This document shows positions 1 to 7,430 of a stretch of DNA of 8,986 nucleotides, one piece after another (the stretch's first letter is position 1; each line of letters starts with the position of its first letter). The stretch is from NCBI RefSeq assembly GCF_006345805.1, contig NW_021827937.1:1-8986 (forward strand). Reading direction: 5' to 3'. Under the pieces are notes generated by a model that was not told the origin of the DNA, did no database searches, and was given only the letters and a program-made list of their open reading frames with translations. The stretch comes from Octopus sinensis. Taxonomy: Eukaryota. Made by a program: the position numbers and the translations under genes.

Positions 1-320
1 ATACATGCATGCATATATATACATACATTCATACATACATACATTGCCTAAATACCACTCTTGAGAAATTAGGCTTCTCAAAACAAAAAAGAACATACAT
101 AACATACATACATACTATACATAGATACGTACATACATACTTACATACATGCATGCATACATACATACTAAACTTTCCAGAAGTTTATCATTTAAATATA
201 TATGAGTATGTCTAGACATGCAACTATATGCATGAGAATACATACATAAAACAAAACATGCACATACATACAGATATACATACATACATACATACATACA
301 TCATACATACATACACACAC
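1..320. repeat. Degenerate (ATAC)n/(ATGC) microsatellite
   Basis: ATAC units seen directly throughout. ORFs 9..215 and 115..297 are repeat translations (HTYI/MYV). Confidence 0.95.
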
Positions 321-400
321 GTTGTTGAAATTCCAAAAAGTAGCCTTGGATCTAGGTTAGAAGCCGACTCTTTCTCTATTGGCAAGAAATCTTAAGATAA
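321..400. repeat. Short interspersed repeat fragment, probably a retroelement terminus
   Basis: Complex 80 bp island between ATAC runs (GAAATTCC...GCCTTGGATCTAGGTTAGAAGCCG...GGCAAGAAATCTT). It resembles a common Octopus repeat as I recall it; family not verified. Confidence 0.4.
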
Positions 401-440
401 TGACATACATACATGCATGCATATATGCATACATTATATC

Positions 441-1191
441 TTAGGTTGTTTCTCATGAAATGTTGCATTTTTAATTACTTGTTATTCCAGTCATTTAAAA
501 AACTCAATTATGTATACCTTGCATTTAATCTTCACTCTTTTTCTTTCCCAACAATATTGGAATACAAAATTCATACCCACAGAACTTATGAAAATGATAA
601 CAACCAAACTATGTTGAGTGATTTTCTCGTATGAGTACAAACTGGGTCACTCTGCTGCAGAAGCTCTACAGAATATCAAGCGGGCATTTGGTAATAGTTT
701 TGTTGACATCAGAACTGTTCTGAGATGGTTCCAAAGCTCTCGTTTAGGAGATGATAGCCTTGAAAACAAACCAAGGGGTAGGCCAAAATCATTTATTCGG
801 CATGATGGATTAAATACTTTGGTTGAACAAAATCCGAGAACAAAGGATCGAAAACTTTCATCAGAACTCCAAACATCTCGCACAGCTAAAAAAAATTGGA
901 AAAGTCAAGGAAATGGATAGGTTTGTTTCACATCAACTGAACACAATTAAAAAAACAAAACAAAAAAAAACTCCTCGAAGTGTGCTCCTTGCTGTCTCGA
1001 CTTGAAAAAGACCATTTTTGCATCAAATCATTACTTGTGAGGAGAAATGGATACTCTTTGACAACAGCAGGAGAACAAGACAGTAATTAGATGCAGGGGA
1101 GTCACCTAAACACTACTCAAACCCACCATTGCAACCTAAAATATTAGTGGTCACTGTATGGCGATCTGCGAAGGGAGTTATTCATTATTCA
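441..1191 (+). mobile_element. Mariner element A (Hsmar1/SETMAR-like), 3'-truncated
   Basis: Mariner-type left end TTAGGTTGTTTCTCATGAAATGTTGCATTT at 441-470, followed by a transposase relic that stops after GVIHYS at 1191. Confidence 0.9.
588..1191 (+). pseudogene. Mariner transposase pseudogene (HTH region plus start of the DD34D domain)
   Basis: ATG at 588 and in-frame TGA at 615. Then IFSYEYKLGHSAAEALQNIKRAFG...TVLRWFQ...SLENKPRGRP (Hsmar1: IFLFEFKMGRKAAETTRNINNAFG...TVQWWFK...SLEDEERSGRP). After a frameshift LKKIGKVKEMDRFVSHQL (WVPHEL motif). Then PFLHQIITCEEKWILFDNSRRTRQ*LDAGESPKHYSNPPLQPKILVVTVWRSAKGVIHYS. The first catalytic Asp reads Glu (TCEEKW, 1033-1050). Confidence 0.95.
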
Positions 1192-1554
1192 TCCAAGGAA
1201 TTGAAATTTTTACCATTAAGACTATTCTGCAGAGACCTGAATAAGTGCAAATCCGAGGGAGCAATATCTGGTGAATATGGAGGGTGAGGTAACACATCCC
1301 AGCCGAACTGCAGCAATTTTTGTCTGGTTCCCAATTCATCAAGTGCCGAAAATGAACTTTCTTATCTTCCATTTTAAAGGGTTAGAAAATTAACACAGGT
1401 TATGGGAACATAAACCTTCTTCCAGGAAAAGATAGCTTAAACTGTGCTCTAAATGGAGGTGTAGTCAAATCCTATTTTATGGACTCAACCATGTTCTAAA
1501 ATAAGTCGAAAGGTAAGCTACTATGAATCGGCACGAACTTTCCGGACAACCCAA
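1189..1554 (-). mobile_element. Mariner element B, internally deleted non-autonomous derivative, 3'-truncated
   Basis: 5' TIR TTGGGTTGTCCGGAAAGTTCGTGCCGATT (1554-1526) with flanking TA at 1555-1556. ATG at 1372 gives MEDKKVHFRHLM (mariner N-terminus), joined directly in another frame to the C-terminal TRQKLLQFGWDVLPHPPYSPDIAPSDLHLFRSLQNSLNGKNFNSLD (YSPDIAPSD at 1277-1251). Confidence 0.93.
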
Positions 1555-1717
1555 TAATTAAATATCATTAGGAACCGAATAAAAAATAATTGGTACAGTA
1601 ATTCGTGTATTGCAAAAGAGTAACCAATTTATTGCAGATAAATTTCAACAATAAAATTATATATTATGGATTCACAAAGGCCATATGGACCCCAGTTGAG
1701 ACCCAGTTATCTGAATC

Positions 1718-1773
1718 CTTAAAGCGGTGCTCCAGCATGGCCTATGACTAATAACCGAAATCAATGAAAGAAT
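1718..1773 (+). mobile_element. SINE 3'-tail fragment
   Basis: TTAAAGCGGTGCTCCAGCATGGCC...ATGACT...AATGAAAGAAT resembles the 3' end of an Octopus tRNA-SINE as recalled. No head is present. Confidence 0.5.
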
Positions 1774-2077
1774 TTTAAAACCAGTACAAGGGACAATCTC
1801 AGAAAAGGGTTTCGTTCTTTGAAGCGTGTTTACTGCTTTAGTCCACTTTAAGCATCGCAGCCAAGCCCATGCTACAGCAGCAACTTTCTATGTTATGTTT
1901 ACATCATATTTATCTCGGCTAGTAGGACGGTAGTACTCCAACGACTGGGCCAGCTGTGATTATCTTTCCTTTTATGTTGTTTTAAAGAAACAAATAATAG
2001 AGAGCAGACAAAGAAAGGAACGTAAAAAAAAATACTGGAAAAAAAAATAGTGAACGACAAACAACAACGAACTGTGC

Positions 2078-2172
2078 CTCTTCTTTCTCTTCCTCCATCT
2101 CTCTTTCTCCTTCTCCCCTTCTTTCACTCTCTCTCTCTCTCTCTCCATATCTATCTTTCTCCTCTCTCTTTT
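2078..2172. repeat. (CT)-rich polypyrimidine tract
   Basis: Seen directly. Confidence 0.9.
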
Positions 2173-2598
2173 CAGAATTCTAAACTCTATGACGTCATAT
2201 TACACACTATGCGGAATAAAAGACTACAGCCGGCAATTTTCACACATGTGCGTTTTAGAAATATTATTATAAATCTTTGCTCTTTTTTTTTTTTACATGC
2301 TCTTTTTCCTTAAAAACAAAAAAAAACTATTTATCTAAATTATATATTTTTTGTAGTTTTTTGTGGTTTTTAAATTCCGTTATAAACCTTTTTTGGAGAT
2401 TGGATTTTTTTTTTTTACAATTTGTTTTTAATTGCTTGAAGAATTTGCTGATTTAATTTGCCAAAAATAATAACGAATTATTTAATCTAAAACGAAACGA
2501 ACCCAAAAAAACAATATACATATATATATTTACACATACACATACACGAACACACAGAGACAAACACACACACACACATACACATACACGCATATATA

Positions 2599-2849
2599 TC
2601 GTTGCTATTATGTTAAACTGTCGTATGTCTAAATTTGGCCAAATGCATTTTTTTTTCAGTATTTATCTTTGCTTGCAATAGCCGGTTCTTTTGGTCAAAG
2701 TATCGTAACTCCAGCGGCTTCAGATTCCAAGATATCGAAAATTGTCAAATAGTAGTATAATGGTTTTGCTATGGAGTCGTGAAACTATTTTTTCGTTTTC
2801 TGAAAAAGCAACGATTTGGACTTACGACACTTTTGCATAATAGCAACGA
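2599..2849. mobile_element. MITE-like element with TIRs and putative TA target-site duplication
   Basis: Perfect 17 bp inverted repeat ATATCGTTGCTATTATG (2596-2612) / CATAATAGCAACGATAT (2836-2852), extending inward imperfectly to ~39 bp. TA lies at 2597-2598 and 2850-2851. No ORF. Confidence 0.75.
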
Positions 2850-2999
2850 TATGTATATATATATATATGTATATGTATGTTGTTTTTTTGGGTTTTTTTC
2901 ATTTTAGATTAAATAATTCGTTATTATTTTTGGCAAATTAAATCAGCAAATTATATTAATTACATATATTTATCAATATCTGTTTTTATTATATACTGT

Positions 3000-3028
3000 A
3001 CAATAATATATATATACATATATATATA

Positions 3029-3076
<48 letters not shown>

Positions 3077-3118
3077 ATATATATATATATAACATACATA
3101 TATATCTATAATATATAT

Positions 3119-3184
<66 letters not shown>
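3000..3184. repeat. Imperfect (AT)n microsatellite
   Basis: Seen directly. Confidence 0.97.
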
Positions 3185-3187
<3 letters not shown>

Positions 3188-3327
3188 AGTAGGTGAATGA
3201 ATTATCCTAGCATGGAAATTTTGACGTCATTGCTTATACAGATTATTAAAAAAAAAAACACTCATTATCACTGTGGTCACCATGTTGGCAATCATCAAAA
3301 TTTTTTCGTCTTGTGGCTGAAAGAGGC

Positions 3328-3422
3328 TCCTTATCTTTCCTGGTGGAAGATGGCATAATGCACCATTTATTCCTTCGGAATTAAAGTATGCCGTCTTCGA
3401 AACATGTGTCGAGAGTAAAGGA
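3328..3422 (+). ncRNA. Type I hammerhead-ribozyme-like fold with mutated core, PLE-type
   Basis: Helix I CTTTC(3335-39)/GAGAG(3411-15), extendable. Core CTGGTG (3340-45; consensus CUGANGA). 12 bp helix II GAAGATGGCATA(3346-57)/TATGCCGTCTTC(3387-98). GAAA at 3399-3402, minimal helix III AC-ATGT-GT, GUC triplet at 3408-10. Confidence 0.7.
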
Positions 3423-3469
3423 ATTTTGTTAAAATCTTCGTTCGACTCCATTCTTCATTTCCTTATATT

Positions 3470-3470
<1 letters not shown>

Positions 3471-3521
<51 letters not shown>

Positions 3522-3528
3522 TATATTT
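3471..3528. repeat. (AT)n microsatellite
   Basis: Seen directly. Confidence 0.97.
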
Positions 3529-3544
3529 AATATTAATTTACTTA

Positions 3545-4320
3545 ATATTTTTCTAAACATATAGTCTTAGGAGTAAAAAATTTTTCTATTTCAAGAAAAT
3601 CTCGTTCCTGTCCCTGTCATTAAAGAAGCAACATTTTAGACGTTACAAATTTGGTAGATTATTCCTTCAATACATAGTTACTTCTGTGATTATCAGCAAT
3701 TTTCTAAATCTAGTATACTAAGTATTTACCATTTAAGGTTTATTAAGTAATTATTATCCTTTACTTCCATATAATTTACTAAACTGACTATTTATCCTAT
3801 TCCTAAAAGTTATATTCATCGGTTTGCAGACGTCGGTAATAGATTAATAATAATTTTCATTTTTTTTTGATCCGATGTAAAAATATCTTGTCTCTTCAGA
3901 TTCTACTCTGTATCTATATATATTAGGTTATTACTGAAATAACATTTATTTTTAAATTTACAGTTGTAACTTAAGCTACATTCGTTTTATCACAATTACT
4001 ATTAGATCCATTAGTAGAGTTGATAATTGATTCATCATTATTTCTGTCATTAGAGAAAATATATAATTTTTTGTTATTTATCAGAGATAATTCTAAAGAT
4101 ATTTTTATATACCGAAAAACCAGTTCTTACCGTTTTATTATTAATTATTTTATTATATTTCTTCTCTTCATTAAAATGCTTAGATATAGATCTGTAAAAA
4201 GATTTAACTAAATTAGTTTTTATTTGCCTTGCAAAATAAATAATAAATCATATATAGTTGTTTTTATCAAAATAATCATTATGTGACTTATCAAAATTAA
4301 CATATGGGGTATAGCTTTTA
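3545..4320 (-). pseudogene. Decayed Penelope-like element ORF: RT-endonuclease linker plus GIY-YIG endonuclease
   Basis: Hand translation of the minus strand. NNYI*FIIYFARQIKTNLVKSFYRSISKHFNEEKKYNKIINNKTVRTGFSVYKNIFRIIS matches the PLE linker pattern IWFNPPYS.NVKTN...LI.KHF...KIFN.NT.K.SYS..N...II. Then NCKFKNKCYFSNNLIY/(frameshift)YRYRVESEETRYFYIGS (YIG at 3879-3871). Later SKL, KDNNYLINLKW*IL and LCIEGIIYQI (typical LKD..I.WEIL...CNLCL.EK..I). Many stops and frameshifts. Boundaries approximate. Confidence 0.8.
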
Positions 4321-4321
4321 A

Positions 4322-4393
4322 GCAGTGATGGGGCACAAACACAGACATGAAGATACACACACACACACGCGCACACACACACACACGCACACT

Positions 4394-4425
<32 letters not shown>

Positions 4426-4610
4426 CACATACATATACATATATACGACGGACTTCTTTCAGTTTCCGTCTACCAAATCCACTCACAAGGCTTTGGTCGG
4501 CCCGAGGCTATAGTAGAAGACACTTGCCCAAGTTGCCACGCAGTGGGACTGAACCCGGAACCATGTGGTTGGCAAGCAAACTACTTACCACACAGCCACT
4601 CCTGCGCCTA
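4322..4610 (-). mobile_element. tRNA-derived SINE, 3'-truncated, with internal (TG/TA)n
   Basis: Minus-strand head TAGGCGCAGGAGTGGCTGTGTGGTAAG has an A box TGGCTGTGTGG and a B-box-like GGTTCAGTCCC. Body TTGGGCAAGTGTCTTCTACTATAGCCTCGGGCCGACC...GGAAACTGAAAGAAG, internal microsatellite 4354-4444. Matches an abundant Octopus SINE as recalled. Confidence 0.92.
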
Positions 4611-4849
4611 TAGCTACTTACCACGCAGCCACTGGTATATGTATACTTACATGCATGCATACATTTGTGTGTCGTTGTGTGTATGCGTGTGTGAGTATGT
4701 GAATTAGTTTAGGGATCCCGTACAATATCCAGTGAGTCTGATAATCGGGGAAACTTAAGCCATCCAAGGATTACTGCCAACTGAGGCCCACAAATCGGAA
4801 CACGGCATTGGGGGATTACACACTTTAAAGTGATCGTCGTTAAAATGTG

Positions 4850-5031
4850 TTAAAGAAGGAAGAAAATGGAGGAAGAATGCAGGAAGTAGATTAGGAGGAA
4901 GAGGAGGACGAAAAGTAATGGTAAACCGGAGGAGGAGGGAAAGGAATAAATGAGAGAGGTTGGTGATGATGCGGATGGGGAGGAAGAGAAGCAGGAGGAA
5001 GGAGGTGATGATGATGAGGGCGATGGTGATT

Positions 5032-5066
<35 letters not shown>

Positions 5067-5210
5067 AGGAAGGACGATGATGAGGACAACGCTGACAATA
5101 GCGACGATGACGATGATGACAACGGTAATGGCTGATGACGACGACGACGGCGACCACCTCCACCACCACCACCACCACCACCACGAAAATGGCGATGACA
5201 ACGACCTTTA
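4850..5210. repeat. Compound trinucleotide low-complexity tract (GAG, GAT, GAC, CAC)
   Basis: Includes a perfect (ATG)11 at 5032-5064 and a (CAC)n run at ~5153-5184. It explains the poly-D/M/H/I ORFs in all frames. Confidence 0.95.
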
Positions 5211-5277
5211 TTAAGACGTTGACTGCGTCGACAATGATATTGAAAAAAACCCTTCGCCTGTCTGTCTGTGTGTGGTG

Positions 5278-5279
<2 letters not shown>

Positions 5280-5314
<35 letters not shown>

Positions 5315-5341
5315 CTCTCTCTCTCTATCTCTCTCTCTCTC
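5280..5341. repeat. (CT)n microsatellite
   Basis: Seen directly. Confidence 0.97.
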
Positions 5342-5509
5342 GCACACACATATGCAACCACAGTAAAAAAAAATCTCACAACAAAAACAATGCGAATGAC
5401 TACGTCTCCACCCCGATCAGATATTCACTGAATTCTTACGAAACTAACAACAAAAGCAAGCAATAGAAATATGAGAAAACAAAGAAAACAATTAAATGAC
5501 TCAGTAATA

Positions 5510-5570
5510 ACTACAACATCAACAACAATGATAACAACAACAATAATACCAACAACAACAATAACGACAA
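5510..5570. repeat. Imperfect (AAC/AAT)n
   Basis: Seen directly. Confidence 0.9.
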
Positions 5571-5573
5571 TCG

Positions 5574-5623
5574 TAGCAGTGTGGCTTAGAAATTTGCTTT
5601 GCAAGTAATTGTTTCCGAGTTCG
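5574..5623 (+). mobile_element. Decayed SINE tRNA-head fragment
   Basis: TAGCAGTGTGGCTTAGAAATTTGCTTTGCAAGTAATTGTTTCCGAGTTCG aligns by eye to the head of the 4322-4610 SINE (TGGCTGTGTGGTAAGTAGTTTGCTTGCCAACCACATGGTTCCGGGTTCAG). It stops inside the B box. Confidence 0.65.
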
Positions 5624-5661
5624 TATGTATTTCACTTAACTTTCCATCAAAGCCGAGGCAT

Positions 5662-5855
5662 GATATTTTAAAATTAATTTTTCTAAACTAAACAATTTGA
5701 AACTTCGTACACTGGTGGAATGTCTCATGCAGAACACGGTTTACTTTGAAAATTTTTGAGAAAATTTGGGTATTTTAGAAGTTATTTCGTGTTAAAGTTG
5801 TCATATTTCAACCAATCAACGACGTGTATTCAGTTGAAGATAGCTACTGCTGTTT
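5662..5855 (+). repeat. Interspersed repeat copy (left arm of inverted pair)
   Basis: 5662-5777 is an inverted copy of 6974-7083. The continuation GTTATTTCGTGTTAAAGTTGTC...CAACCAATCAACGACGTGTATTCAG resembles a recalled Octopus repeat family, so the right boundary is approximate. Confidence 0.75.
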
Positions 5856-5893
5856 ACTATAGTAATCGAAGAGGAACAAATTCCGGGTCATCT

Positions 5894-6010
5894 CATATGC
5901 CCACGCGCATATGGCGTAGTGGTTAAGAGTGCGGGCTACAAACACCAAGATTCCGAGTTCGATTCCAAGCAGTGACCTGAACAACAACAACAACAATAAT
6001 AATAATGATG

Positions 6011-6050
<40 letters not shown>

Positions 6051-6240
6051 CAACAACAACACCAACAACAACAACAGCAGCAGCAACGAAAAATACCTTA
6101 GGAATAAGAACCCAGGTTCGAAATTTCCCCAAGACACTTGAAGAAGGCTGGAGGGTATATCAGCCGAAACGTTGTGTTAACAACAAACAAGATGAGGACA
6201 AATATCCGTCGAATGTAAATAATGAAAGTAATGTAAATAA
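5894..6240 (+). mobile_element. tRNA-derived SINE with internal (AAC/AAT)n and a hammerhead-like PLE-type 3' module
   Basis: A box TGGCGTAGTGG (5912-22) and B box GAGTTCGATTCC (5955-66). Microsatellite spacer 5980-6087, unique tail 6088-6240 containing a hammerhead-like motif. Recalled as a common Octopus repeat with this same layout. Confidence 0.88.
6133..6178 (+). ncRNA. Minimal type I hammerhead-like motif (C3-to-U in this copy)
   Basis: Helix I GACAC(6133-37)/GTGTT(6174-78). Core TTGAAGA (6138-44) plus an extra A. Helix II GGCTG(6146-50)/CAGCC(6161-65). GAAA at 6166-69, palindromic AACGTT (6168-73) in place of helix III, GUU triplet at 6171-73. Confidence 0.65.
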
Positions 6241-6507
6241 TGTCACCACCCTGTTCTATTTTTTGGTTTTGTTTACTGCCTGCGTTGTATATTACACGCT
6301 TTTTCCTTTTTTCCTTTGGTTCTCGCGTCGGAGTAACCAGTAAACATAGAAGAATCAACATCAAGAAGGAAGAAATACTATTTACATATATTTCTTTGCC
6401 CGATATCGGTATTTTATCCATACATAAAGTGGACCGGTGTTTTAAAGACCTATCGAGCTACGAGTCCGCATCAAGGTTTTTTGTTCTTGACGTGTTGCTG
6501 AGCTGCT

Positions 6508-6845
6508 GAGACCCCCTTCGGTCATGACTGATCGTGGGATTGCACCTAGAAAGTTACCCTCCTAGTCACAAGTCCGGACAAGTTTGTTTATGGGAGACCA
6601 GCAGTCGCCCATGCATACCGGCCTCCCCTCTCCACGCCACCAGTGTTATCTAAGGGAAAGGCAAAGGGGCCGATACAGCTTGGCACCTGTGACGTCGCAA
6701 CTCATTTCTACAGCTGAGTGAACTGGAGCAACGTGAAATAAAGTGTCTTGCTCAAGAACACAACACGCAGCCCGGTCCAGGATTCGAGCTCACACCCTCA
6801 CGATTGTAAGCTCGACCCTCTAACCACTGAGCCATGCGTCTTCAC
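6508..6845 (-). mobile_element. Near full-length tRNA-derived SINE
   Basis: Minus-strand head GTGAAGACGCATGGCTCAGTGGTTAGAG with A box TGGCTCAGTGG (6834-6824) and B-box-like GAGCTCGAATCC (6791-6780). Central TTGAGCAAGACACTTTA...CCAGTTCACTCAGCTGTAGAAATGAG, end ...CATGACCGAAGGGGGTCTC. Matches a recalled Octopus SINE. Confidence 0.92.
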
Positions 6846-6973
6846 TTGTTGACGTGCATGTACTTTCAAAATGCCTTATTTTACCACTATGAGATGTATT
6901 GTTGTTGCCATGATTTTATCTTACTATTATCAACAACAAACAGATTTCGTCGATATAAAAGCTTTTATTAGAT

Positions 6974-7083
6974 TAAATACCAAATTTTGACAAAAATTTT
7001 CAAAGTAAACCGTGTTCTGCGTGAGACATTCCACCAGTATAACGAGGTTCAAACTGTTTAGCTAAAAAAATTAATTAAAAAAT
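6974..7083 (-). repeat. Interspersed repeat copy (right arm of inverted pair)
   Basis: The reverse complement of 6991-7038 matches 5711-5758 at 47 of 48 positions. The flanks align with small indels to ~110 bp. Confidence 0.85.
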
Positions 7084-7261
7084 CTGTGAGCCAAAGTGAT
7101 CAGATCCATATTGTATCTGGGGAGGGTCATATTCTCTTAACGCTCTAATTATCTAACACACTCACCGGTTCGATCTCCACTCTTCTATTATTTGTTTTTC
7201 CCAGAATTTTAGTTGCTTCTGCAACCTTGTCAATGGATGTTGACTCTGCCCGTTGTTGGAG

Positions 7262-7373
7262 ATACATACATACATACATACATACATGCATACACACACA
7301 TTCATACATACACATATACATACACTCACGTATATATGCATAGACAGCCACACATACAATATATATACACACT

Positions 7374-7430
<57 letters not shown>

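Noticed and set aside
441-1554. A single intact mariner with matching TIRs
   Set aside because: The ends match only over ~9 bp, and the two halves encode transposase on opposite strands.
2050-2313. 87 aa ORF and a TTTTCAG acceptor at 2175 after the CT tract
   Set aside because: The pyrimidine tract is a microsatellite, there is no clear downstream donor, and the peptide is unrecognisable.
3227-3451. 74 aa minus-strand ORF MESNEDF...
   Set aside because: No recognisable family, and it ends in a poly-T run. The sequence is better explained by the + strand hammerhead fold.
3540-4250. Mitochondrial insertion (very AT-rich)
   Set aside because: No mitochondrial gene motifs; the minus-strand translation fits a PLE endonuclease region instead.
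4757-4778. miR-34-like TGGCAGTAATCC... on the minus strand
   Set aside because: The seed differs (GGCAGTA vs GGCAGTG) and no precursor hairpin is visible.
4755-5466. Long ORFs (148, 162, 105, 98 aa etc.) with poly-D/H/I/M/S
   Set aside because: All are translations of trinucleotide and dinucleotide repeats, open in several frames on both strands, with no domain or splice support.
5905-5980. tRNA gene
   Set aside because: It has A and B boxes but no proper acceptor or anticodon stem, and it continues into a SINE body. The same applies to the heads at 4540-4610 and 6775-6845.
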